Of a stretch of 47,379 nt of DNA, positions 1 to 7,944 are shown one piece after another. The stretch's first letter is position 1. Each line of letters begins with the position of its first letter. Below the pieces are notes generated by a model. The model was not told where the DNA came from. It saw only the letters and a program-made list of their open reading frames with translations, and did no database searches. The DNA lies in IMG/VR virus record IMGVR_UViG_3300030107_003655, positions 1-47,379 of that record; one strand, 5' to 3'. The stretch is from a virus (lineage: Duplodnaviria; Caudoviricetes). A program made the translations under genes and the position numbers.

Positions 1-164
1 TGTTTTTCTATTCTAGTAAACCCGTCCATATCTCGCAATAGATTTAACTTATTTCTAGTTTTATCACTAGCTAGTTTTGATTCAATTGCTTTATTATAGC
101 CATCTTTATCGATAATACCGGCATCTAACATCTTTCTTAAATGTGCATTACTTATCTTGCTCAT
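1..164 (-). CDS. Truncated allelic copy of the 87-aa early protein at 46880-47143
   Basis: Translates MSKISNAHLRKMLDAGIIDKDGYNKAIESKLASDKTRNKLNLLRDMDGFTRIEK and runs off the contig; AAGGAG RBS upstream. Confidence 0.85.
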   Translation of the reverse strand, partial: MSKISNAHLRKMLDAGIIDKDGYNKAIESKLASDKTRNKLNLLRDMDGFTRIEK

Positions 165-362
165 TTTACTTTTCTCCTTTTATTAGTTTGTCTAATGATA
201 TATTCTACTAAATATTATCTACTAGATACCTCACTAGATTTATGCTTATTTTGTTTCATAGGTAAACTTAAGCATAATAAAAGAAATTTCCTATAAAATT
301 ATTCAATAGTATAAAAGTTTCATTGGAGTATTTTGCTAAAAGTCAATAGTTATTTTTAGGAA

Positions 363-378
363 TGTGACGCACATCACA
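363..378. promoter_or_regulatory. CRP-family binding site
   Basis: TGTGA-cgcaca-TCACA, an exact TGTGA-N6-TCACA core preceded by AA. Confidence 0.6.
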
Positions 379-394
379 CTTGGGAAAGTGTCTA

Positions 395-424
395 TTGACT
401 CGTATGGTGTTTTATTGTTAAATT
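395..424 (+). promoter_or_regulatory. Sigma70-type promoter P1
   Basis: TTGACT-N18-TAAATT; same geometry as five other intergenic sites. Confidence 0.6.
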
Positions 425-440
425 TCGGGGTTTTGGCTCA

Positions 441-541
441 ATAATGATAATGAGACTCAATCTCAGTTGGGTAGATGGGAGGCATAATGATACTGAGACC
501 TAATCTCAATAACATATTATCGCTACTGAGACTCAATCTCA
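441..541. repeat. Three TGAGA-N5-TCTCA palindromes, Fur-box-like
   Basis: TGAGACTCAATCTCA 451-465, TGAGACCTAATCTCA 494-508, TGAGACTCAATCTCA 527-541; the first two are preceded by ATAATGATA. Confidence 0.85.
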
Positions 542-621
542 ATTACTATAGACTATGAATTCCACTTTTCGAACGTAAATTCGAAAATTCGAACGAGAAA
601 AGACCTACCCCCCAAAGCGCA

Positions 622-657
622 AATAAGACTTACACACATTGTAGGGCTATTTTTTTA
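622..657 (+). terminator. Possible intrinsic terminator
   Basis: CTTACA/TGTAGG stem (629-645) with extendable flanks, then a T-run at 650-656. Confidence 0.4.
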
Positions 658-888
658 GGAATATGAGTTTAGTTTGCTTGTAAATAGTTCTATATCAATA
701 ACTTCGAGGGAATCTGCGTTTTGTAGTCTGCTTACTATCTCTGCTAATTCACCTACTACCTTACTATTTGGCTCTAATATGTCTACTATTTTTAAGTTAT
801 ATGCTAATTTTATGGCTTCGTTGATGTTATTTATGGAGCTCTCTTCTCTATACTCGTTACCTAATGCTTTTTCAAACCTAGTTTTCAT
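655..888 (-). CDS. Hypothetical protein, 77 aa
   Basis: ORF with AAGGT RBS and its own upstream promoter motif. Confidence 0.7.
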   Translation of the reverse strand: MKTRFEKALGNEYREESSINNINEAIKLAYNLKIVDILEPNSKVVGELAEIVSRLQNADSLEVIDIELFTSKLNSYS

Positions 889-911
889 TTTTTCAACCTT
901 TTTGATGATTG

Positions 912-941
912 AATTTACTTAGAAAAAATACATCGAAACAA
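912..941 (-). promoter_or_regulatory. Promoter P2
   Basis: TTGTTT-N18-TAAATT on - strand, upstream of 655..888. Confidence 0.5.
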
Positions 942-1069
942 GTGTTTTGAAAATATATTGTAAATTTTCTTAGAAAGTACTGCTGTTGTGTATGATGGGA
1001 ATAGGTTTATTTGGCTCTATTTTGCCGTTTCCTGCTTATTTTATTAAAAAGCCTAGTATATGTATGGGT

Positions 1070-1369
1070 TTACCAGATTTTATTAATTTTAAGCGAATTT
1101 TCACGTGTTTTGGTATCTATGATGTAATATAGGTAATTTAATATCTCATCCTCTGCTTCATCTCCACGTACTCCAGCCACTGGTGTGACTATCTCTACCT
1201 CATAGGCAACGTCAGTTACGTCTTTTATTTCGTTCCACTTTGCTTTCTTGAACAATTTGTCCAAATCCAGTTCTTCTTGTGGTAGTAGAGCGAGTGCCAT
1301 TAAAAATCTTTTCATAATTTTCCTCATACCTCTTGATATCTGATATTCTGCTCTTGTCGCCTTTGCCAT
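1070..1369 (-). CDS. Hypothetical protein, 99 aa
   Basis: Protein-like ORF downstream of promoter P3. Confidence 0.7.
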   Translation of the reverse strand: MAKATRAEYQISRGMRKIMKRFLMALALLPQEELDLDKLFKKAKWNEIKDVTDVAYEVEIVTPVAGVRGDEAEDEILNYLYYIIDTKTRENSLKINKIW

Positions 1370-1459
1370 TCATTTTCTTTCTTTTTAATATTACGTTAGT
1401 AATATATTTTTCTTTCTTTTACTTAGTAAACTTAGTAGCTTCGGGTTTAAAGCCCCTAC

Positions 1460-1489
1460 AATTTACAAACAAAACATATGCTTTTGCAA
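1460..1489 (-). promoter_or_regulatory. Promoter P3, divergent from P4
   Basis: TTGCAA-N18-TAAATT on - strand. Confidence 0.6.
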
Positions 1490-1515
1490 GTACTTTGTGA
1501 AAAAAATAATAATAC

Positions 1516-1545
1516 TTGCATCTAATGTGTATTATTTTATAAATT
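1516..1545 (+). promoter_or_regulatory. Promoter P4, start of the packaging operon
   Basis: TTGCAT-N18-TAAATT ending just upstream of ATG 1558. Confidence 0.65.
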
Positions 1546-1557
1546 TATTATGAGTGT

Positions 1558-1767
1558 ATGACGAAATTAATTAACATTGCTAGGCAGTATTGTGCAAATT
1601 GGGATGCAGGTAAATGTGTTGGGTGTGTTTTTGTGCGAAAAGAAAAAGGATTGTTTTTTAAGTTGAATAAAAAGCTGAGTGGAAAGAAGTGTTCCGTTGA
1701 TAAAGGCTGTGATTATTTTGAAACTGTTGTCATACCGGGAATAGAAAACCTAAAATATAGGAGATGA
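1558..1767 (+). CDS. Small Cys-rich hypothetical protein
   Basis: 69 aa with five Cys; first gene of a tightly packed operon. Confidence 0.75.
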   Translation: MTKLINIARQYCANWDAGKCVGCVFVRKEKGLFFKLNKKLSGKKCSVDKGCDYFETVVIPGIENLKYRR

Positions 1768-1768
1768 A

Positions 1769-2053
1769 ATGATAATTGGTGGACATCGTTACAAGGTTAG
1801 CCTTGTCAATAAAATGAAAGTAAATGGTAATACTATATTGGGAATGCATAATACGGAAAACTGCACCATTGACATATACAAAAACCAAACAGAATCAAGG
1901 AAGAAGGAAACTCTGATACACGAAACAATACACGCTATTCTTACGAATGCTGGATTTGAGAAGCAGGATGAGCATTACATAGATACACTGGCAAATGGAT
2001 TTTTACAGCTAGGGGTGGGAGACCTTCTCTGGGAGAAGTCAGGAGTTAAGTAA
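1769..2053 (+). CDS. Zn metallopeptidase-like protein (HExxH; ImmA/IrrE/SprT-like)
   Basis: ETLIHETIHAIL motif with a downstream Glu (QDEH); GGAG RBS. Confidence 0.75.
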   Translation: MIIGGHRYKVSLVNKMKVNGNTILGMHNTENCTIDIYKNQTESRKKETLIHETIHAILTNAGFEKQDEHYIDTLANGFLQLGVGDLLWEKSGVK

Positions 2054-2163
2054 TGAAAAAAGCATTAGTAATACTGACGATGATGTCTGGAAAGCTTTGG
2101 TTTTTCCTTGAGGGGTTTATTATTATTTGCCTAGTAAGAGTGCTTAAGGGGGTAATGAAATGA
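2053..2163 (+). CDS. Small hydrophobic protein, 36 aa (not in ORF track)
   Basis: MKKALVILTMMSGKLWFFLEGFIIICLVRVLKGVMK; AGGAG RBS; TAATG and ATGA coupling to both neighbours. Confidence 0.65.
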   Translation: MKKALVILTMMSGKLWFFLEGFIIICLVRVLKGVMK

Positions 2164-2921
2164 AAAGAGCAATAGTTACTCCCGATAAGCACTTCCCATT
2201 TGAGGATAAGAAGGCGATAAAGGTTCTCTGTAAGGCAATTGAACTTGTAAAACCAGACATATATGTAGATTTGGGGGATACTGGAGAATGGGAGTCTGTA
2301 TCTCATTGGCAGTGGAAGAAAAAGAAAAGACCTCCATTAGAATATCAACTTCCATTTGTTTATGATGAAATAAAAGCTGTCAATAAAGGTATTGACATAA
2401 TAGACGCATCCTTGGATAAGGCAGGAACTAAGGAGCGTCATTTCTGCGAGGGGAATCACGATGACTGGCTTAATAGATTTGTTGAAGAAAATCCATACTT
2501 GGCTAAAGATATGCTCGTCAAAAATGCTTTGCGTCTTAAGGAGCGTGGATACAAGTACCATAAAATCGGAAAGATGCTCAAAATTGGTAAAATTAACTTT
2601 TACCACGGTCATCATTTTGCAGGAGTTAATCACACTCGTAATCATCTCTTGCGCCTTGGTGGTAATGTTATGTATGGTCATCATCACGATATTCAGCAAA
2701 GTTCTATTACGCACATAGATGGAGTAAAATCTGCTTGGTCAATAGGCTGTTTGAAGAATATGAGCTCTGAAGCGAATGAGTGGTTAGGAAATAGAAATCA
2801 TAATTGGCAACACGCTTTTGCCATTGTAGATTTTCACAAGAATGGAAACTTTAATGTTACGGTTCACCAGATAGTAAATGGAGTTAGTACCGTAGATGGA
2901 AAAGTTTTAAATGCAAGGTGA
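2160..2921 (+). CDS. Calcineurin-like metallophosphoesterase
   Basis: DxH (PDKH), LGD, GNHD, HGH and GHHH motifs in canonical order. Confidence 0.9.
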   Translation: MKRAIVTPDKHFPFEDKKAIKVLCKAIELVKPDIYVDLGDTGEWESVSHWQWKKKKRPPLEYQLPFVYDEIKAVNKGIDIIDASLDKAGTKERHFCEGNHDDWLNRFVEENPYLAKDMLVKNALRLKERGYKYHKIGKMLKIGKINFYHGHHFAGVNHTRNHLLRLGGNVMYGHHHDIQQSSITHIDGVKSAWSIGCLKNMSSEANEWLGNRNHNWQHAFAIVDFHKNGNFNVTVHQIVNGVSTVDGKVLNAR

Positions 2922-3682
2922 AAACAAGAAAGATAAAGAATAAAGAACATATACTTTTTGACAATGAAAAAGAGTTCAAGCAATATCATACATCAACTAA
3001 ACTGGTAAGGAATTGGAGGGATGGAGTTGAAGGTGATTGGGTGCTGTGCGATGATGGTCAAGTGTGTATGGTATTGAAAAGAGGTGATTTAAGGAATGGG
3101 AATAGTAATGCCGTATACAATAACTACATAAGAACGATAATAGGTTCTTTCGTATGTAGAAAAAATACTAAGATGCAAGGAGAAATGCGAAGGAATATGT
3201 ATACCTTTGGAGCTCAAGATAAAACATCTTATGAGATAAACAAGGAAAGAAAGAAACCAACTAATAATGAATTCTTATTCGCAAAATATGTAGCAAAGGG
3301 CGACGATATGATTGACGCTTTTATGAAAGTGTACCCTGCTAAAAGCAGAGATTATGCAAAGCGTGAGTCTAAGTTGTTAATGAGTACTAAAAGGATAAAA
3401 AATTTGATTAGAGAAGAAATAGAAAAGGTTATGAATGAGGCTGAAATAACTCCTCTATACATACTAGAAAAAATGAAAGACATCATCGAGTCAGAGTCAT
3501 CTAGGGATAGTGATAAAGTTTCCTTATTGAAAGAACTTGTTGCTATTGCAGGGATGAGAGATACGGAAAAAAAATCGGAATCCGTTACGGTATTCCAAGG
3601 TTTTTCTCCTGAACAGCTTGATGCCATAAGTGGAAACAATGTAAAGCAATTAGCAACTGCTAAAAGGGAAATAGAAAGTTGA
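2918..3682 (+). CDS. terS: Probable terminase small subunit with N-terminal extension
   Basis: C-terminal half (FAKYVAKG..AFMKVY..EITPLYILEKMKDI..DKVSLLKELVAIAGM) fits the TerS HTH plus oligomerisation pattern; lies upstream of TerL. Confidence 0.6.
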   Translation: MKTRKIKNKEHILFDNEKEFKQYHTSTKLVRNWRDGVEGDWVLCDDGQVCMVLKRGDLRNGNSNAVYNNYIRTIIGSFVCRKNTKMQGEMRRNMYTFGAQDKTSYEINKERKKPTNNEFLFAKYVAKGDDMIDAFMKVYPAKSRDYAKRESKLLMSTKRIKNLIREEIEKVMNEAEITPLYILEKMKDIIESESSRDSDKVSLLKELVAIAGMRDTEKKSESVTVFQGFSPEQLDAISGNNVKQLATAKREIES

Positions 3683-3891
3683 ACCTATATGATATATGCA
3701 TAGAGGTCTTGGAGCACGCTAGTAATAATGATATGAGCATAGAAGAAGATAAGTCTCGAGAAGAAATAGCAACTGATATATACGACTTATTCTATGAATA
3801 TCAACTTTATAGTCCTTATGTAGACACCGGATACATAAATGACTTAGAGGAATACTGGGGTTATAGACAAGACATAGATGAAGACGAATAA
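3679..3891 (+). CDS. Acidic hypothetical protein, 70 aa
   Basis: TTG start overlapping the previous stop; fills the operon gap. Confidence 0.65.
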   Translation: MNLYDICIEVLEHASNNDMSIEEDKSREEIATDIYDLFYEYQLYSPYVDTGYINDLEEYWGYRQDIDEDE

Positions 3892-4252
3892 ATTAGCTGT
3901 TTACGGAACGCTAAGAAATGGCAAGCGAGATACTTGGAAAGTAGATGGCTATCTATTAGTATTCCCCGGACATAGAGATTTTCCAGCCGCAATGATTGAT
4001 AGTAGTGCAAAGGGCGCAATAGTAGAAGTAATTGACGTGGATGTTGGAGATATTATTGGTTATGATAGGTATGAAAATGTTAAAAGCGGCTTGTATGAAA
4101 GGAGAATTGTAAATGCCTATCAGCCAAATGGAGATGAAGTTGAGGCTTGGATGTATACTGTCGGCCCTGCATTACTGCAATATAATGGAGTATTTGAAGT
4201 ACTTCCAAATCAAGATTGGTTTTCAGAAGAATGCGTAAACCTAAGAAAGTAA
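3878..4252 (+). CDS. Gamma-glutamylcyclotransferase (GGCT/AIG2-like)
   Basis: AVYGTLRNG, DRYE (candidate catalytic Glu), YERRIV, AWMY. Confidence 0.85.
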   Translation: MKTNKLAVYGTLRNGKRDTWKVDGYLLVFPGHRDFPAAMIDSSAKGAIVEVIDVDVGDIIGYDRYENVKSGLYERRIVNAYQPNGDEVEAWMYTVGPALLQYNGVFEVLPNQDWFSEECVNLRK

Positions 4253-5814
4253 ACATAAATAAGCATAATGTTTCTGAGAAAGAACGTGTGCTGGAGTTGG
4301 CAAAAAAAGATATCATATCCTTTGGCCAATTGTTTCTTCCAGAAGACTTTATGAAGTCTACCCCTGCCCCATATCATTATGAATTAAATAATTTATTATT
4401 AGATAATACGAAAAAAAGAAACTGTATAATACTGCCACGTGGACATAGTAAATCTACCTTGGCAAAAACTGCACTATTACACCATTTATACTTTAATCCA
4501 GAGGGAAAGAAAGAATTCATAGCTTGGGTAGCAGAAGAACAATCTCAAGCAATAGACCATATAAAATATTTACAAAACCATATAGAAGTAAACCCAGCAT
4601 TGAATTACTATTTTGGAGATTTACGTGGAGAGAAATGGACTGAAAAAGAATTTACCACAAGTAAGGGAGATAGGGTAATAGCAAAAGGAACATCGCAAAG
4701 ATTGCGTGGACGTTCTCAGTTAGGTCTTAGATATACAAAAATCATACTTGACGATTTTGAATCTGAGTTAAACACTAAAACTCCAGATAGAAGAAGGGAA
4801 ATCAAGGAGTGGGTAATGTCCACTGTTGAGCCAGCATTGGAAAATTCAAAAGATAATGAAGGTTCAATATGGTTGATTGGTACGATAGTGCATTACGATT
4901 CTTTCTTACAGAGCATATACGATGGTTATCTTGAGGCGAAGAGGGAAGATAGAGGTTATGCTTGGGATGTCATATATCACAAGGCAATAAATGAGGACGG
5001 AGATGTTCTTTGGCCTAGTTATTTTTCAAAAGATAAACTAGCAGATATAAGAAGAAGATTTGAAGATGTTGGCCTATCTCATAAGTTTGCTCAAGAGTAT
5101 TTGAATGAAGCTAGGGACTTAGAAAATGCAAAGTTCAAGACGGAGAGGTTGGAGTATTATGACCACGAATTTGAGAGTCGTGACGGGTACGCATATTTAA
5201 TAAATTCAAAAGATGCAATACCAGTAAATATATACATAGGAGTTGACTTGGCATATGAGGCGACGCAATCCAGTGACTTCCAAGTAATAATGGTAATAGC
5301 GATAGATAGCGATAGGAATATTTATGTTGTTGAATATATGCGTGAGCATATCCCCTTGTATGATATGCCAGAGGAAATATTGACATACGCAAAAGAATAC
5401 TCTCCAGTAAAAAGAGTTAATGTAGAGCACGTTGGGGCTCAAGGGATAATAAAAGATGCTGTAAATAAAATGTCTGGCTCAGAAAGGAAAGTTGCTCCGG
5501 GAATAGCGCTTGGAATTAGACCCCCTACTGGAATAAAAAAAGAAGATAGACTAGAGTCTTTGCTTGCCCCCATTGTTAATAGAGGAAAAATGTTTATCAA
5601 AAGAAAGCATACACACTTAATAGATGAGATGTTTCAATTTCCAAAAGGCAGAAATGATGATATATTGGATGGGCTTTGGTATGCTGTAAATAAATCAAGA
5701 CCTCCAATAAGTAAGAAGTTTGATGCGTCAGACTTTGAAAATCATATTACCCCTAGAGTTGTAAAGCAATCTGCTAAGCGTGTAATATCTTGGGTTACTG
5801 GACAAAAAATATAA
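4231..5814 (+). CDS. terL: Terminase large subunit
   Basis: Walker A PRGHSKST, Walker B IILDDFE, coupling motif IGT, nuclease GVDLA and NDDILD; alternative TTG start at 4216. Confidence 0.95.
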   Translation: MRKPKKVNINKHNVSEKERVLELAKKDIISFGQLFLPEDFMKSTPAPYHYELNNLLLDNTKKRNCIILPRGHSKSTLAKTALLHHLYFNPEGKKEFIAWVAEEQSQAIDHIKYLQNHIEVNPALNYYFGDLRGEKWTEKEFTTSKGDRVIAKGTSQRLRGRSQLGLRYTKIILDDFESELNTKTPDRRREIKEWVMSTVEPALENSKDNEGSIWLIGTIVHYDSFLQSIYDGYLEAKREDRGYAWDVIYHKAINEDGDVLWPSYFSKDKLADIRRRFEDVGLSHKFAQEYLNEARDLENAKFKTERLEYYDHEFESRDGYAYLINSKDAIPVNIYIGVDLAYEATQSSDFQVIMVIAIDSDRNIYVVEYMREHIPLYDMPEEILTYAKEYSPVKRVNVEHVGAQGIIKDAVNKMSGSERKVAPGIALGIRPPTGIKKEDRLESLLAPIVNRGKMFIKRKHTHLIDEMFQFPKGRNDDILDGLWYAVNKSRPPISKKFDASDFENHITPRVVKQSAKRVISWVTGQKI

Positions 5815-5822
5815 AATAGTAC

Positions 5823-5852
5823 TTGCATTGAATATGTTTATCTTATTAAATT
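5823..5852 (+). promoter_or_regulatory. Promoter P5, structural operon
   Basis: TTGCAT-N18-TAAATT between terL and portal. Confidence 0.65.
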
Positions 5853-5880
5853 AGTAACGTATAAATTTATAGGTGCAACC

Positions 5881-7851
5881 ATTTCAAGTATAAGAGAGTT
5901 AGAAAAGAACGAGGTTAAGCATTCCGAAGTTAATAGACAACTTTGGAGAATGTGGAAAGATGCTCGTGCAGATTGGGACGTAGAAGCAAGAGACTCTGTA
6001 GACTTTTTTCTTGGAAACCATTACACACAAGAAGAATCAGACGCTTTGCGTGCAGTAGGTCAGGGTGACTTTGTCATAGACCGTGTATATGCCGCAATAG
6101 AAAAATTAAAATCATTATTAACATCTCGTTCTCCAAAGTATAGCGCAGTAGGCAGGGAAGATTCAGATAGTAGAATTTCAAACGTATGGAGAACAATATT
6201 AGAATATATCTGGGATATTTCAGATGGGGATGTTCAATTCAAGCAAGCTGTTCACGATTATGCTACTGCTGGAATGGGATATTTTTATGCGTACATAGAC
6301 CCAGAGGCTGATTATGGAAGAGGTGAGGTTAAGTTTACATATCTAGACCCATTTCGTGTCTACATAGACCCGGCTTCTAGGCATAGATATGCTGATGATG
6401 CTTCGGGAATAATAATGTCTACGATATTAACTGAAGACCAGTTATTGAATATGTATCCTCAAGTAGAAGAATACATAGAGGATTTGGAAAGTTATTATGA
6501 TGAAGAGGATTATCCAGCTTCATTAAAAAGAAACACATCAAATTCTTTTACACCAGACAATGTTTACGATTCAAATTTTAATAGAGTTGATAAATATAGA
6601 ATACTGGAAAGATTTACAAAAGTTAAAGTTCCTTTTTATAGAATATTTAATAAGCAAGATGGTTCTGAAAGCATTGTAAGTTCTGAGGAGTATGAAAAAT
6701 TCTTAGCAAATGAGCAAGCTCAGCTACTAATAAAAGCCGGTATGGTGGAGGTAGTAGAAGTAATACAAACAAGAATAAAAATATCCTGCACTGTCGGTGA
6801 CTTGCTTTTATATGAACAAATTTTAAATACTGATATATACCCGATAATCCCAGTTCCCAATATATGGACTGGAACTCCTTATCCAAAATCGGATATATCT
6901 AAAGTTCAAGACTCTCAAAGGTTATTGAACAAGCTTTTCTCTCTCACTCTCTCTCACGCTCAAGCTTCTGCCGGTCTTAAACTACTGGTTCCTGAAGGTA
7001 GCGTGGATGATTTGGGGCAGTTGGAGCAGGATTGGGCTAGACCTAATGCTGTAATACCTTATAATCCTGAATTCGGTGCACCGCACTTCCCTGCCCCACA
7101 ATCATTATCTGGAGAATTTTATAATTTAATAAGTCGAATAGAGCACTATATTGACTTAAGTTTTGGTATTCCTGAATTGATGCAAGGCTTTAAGGAGTCT
7201 GCGCCAGAAACTGTTCGTGGAACAGCTATGCTTGCCGAGATGGGTGAAACTCGTGGCAAATCAAAGCTAAGGGATATCGAAGGAAGTTTGACTAGATTGG
7301 GTCGTAACATATACAACCTATCTAAAGGTCATTACACTTACGCAAAGACATTTAGAATCGTGCAACCTAATAATGATATTACTGAATTTACAGTTAATAA
7401 TATGTACGATGATAAAAGTCAAGAGATTAATGCCATAGTAAATAATATCACCATTGGGCATTATGACGTGAGAATAATATCTGGTTCAACTTTGCCATCT
7501 AATAGGGTAGCTGAATATGAAATGTACTTAGAGGCTTTTAAGTTGAATTTGGTAGATGATGTCGAGGTTTTGAAGAAATCCGAAATCTTTGACAAAGAAG
7601 GTGTCTTACAGCGCAAGGGGCAAATGTCTCAAATGCAATCCTACATACAACAGTTGGAAGAGCAAGTTAAGAAACTTAGTGGAGATTTACAAACCGCAGA
7701 ACGTGAAACTATGAATTCTCGTAAGCGAGCAGAAACTGAGAAGTTCAAAAGCAGGCTCAATGAAATTCAAAATGATACCAAGTTTAAAACAAAGGTTCAA
7801 GTTGATAATCTAAAAAGAATTGTTGATGCAGAAGGGCAAGCTGTAAGCTAA
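5881..7851 (+). CDS. Portal protein, P22-like (first ATG 5950; probable ATT start 5881)
   Basis: Follows terL; DFFLGNHY, DPFRVYIDP, YPIIPV and QDSQRLLNK motifs; C-terminal coiled-coil barrel. Confidence 0.9.
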   Translation: MSSIRELEKNEVKHSEVNRQLWRMWKDARADWDVEARDSVDFFLGNHYTQEESDALRAVGQGDFVIDRVYAAIEKLKSLLTSRSPKYSAVGREDSDSRISNVWRTILEYIWDISDGDVQFKQAVHDYATAGMGYFYAYIDPEADYGRGEVKFTYLDPFRVYIDPASRHRYADDASGIIMSTILTEDQLLNMYPQVEEYIEDLESYYDEEDYPASLKRNTSNSFTPDNVYDSNFNRVDKYRILERFTKVKVPFYRIFNKQDGSESIVSSEEYEKFLANEQAQLLIKAGMVEVVEVIQTRIKISCTVGDLLLYEQILNTDIYPIIPVPNIWTGTPYPKSDISKVQDSQRLLNKLFSLTLSHAQASAGLKLLVPEGSVDDLGQLEQDWARPNAVIPYNPEFGAPHFPAPQSLSGEFYNLISRIEHYIDLSFGIPELMQGFKESAPETVRGTAMLAEMGETRGKSKLRDIEGSLTRLGRNIYNLSKGHYTYAKTFRIVQPNNDITEFTVNNMYDDKSQEINAIVNNITIGHYDVRIISGSTLPSNRVAEYEMYLEAFKLNLVDDVEVLKKSEIFDKEGVLQRKGQMSQMQSYIQQLEEQVKKLSGDLQTAERETMNSRKRAETEKFKSRLNEIQNDTKFKTKVQVDNLKRIVDAEGQAVS

Positions 7852-7944
7852 TGAAAACAGAAATAGTGGGAACGCTTCCTACGGTTCTGCTTTTATAGAC
7901 ATCTGAAAAGGTGATGCTAATAATAAAAGAAATCGAGGAATAAA

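Larger units (their letters stand above)
1..402 (+). repeat. Left copy of imperfect terminal direct repeat
   Basis: Aligns to 46980-47379 with about 16 substitutions and one 2-nt indel by manual count; the last 67 nt are identical. Confidence 0.95.

Noticed and set aside
441-541. Mini CRISPR array
   Set aside because: Repeats are only 15 nt with 28- and 18-nt gaps; no cas operon, and the Cas4-like gene sits in a recombination module.
4231-7851. TerL-portal readthrough fusion
   Set aside because: Same frame with a single TAA, but a promoter and an SD lie between the genes and TAA is rarely read through.
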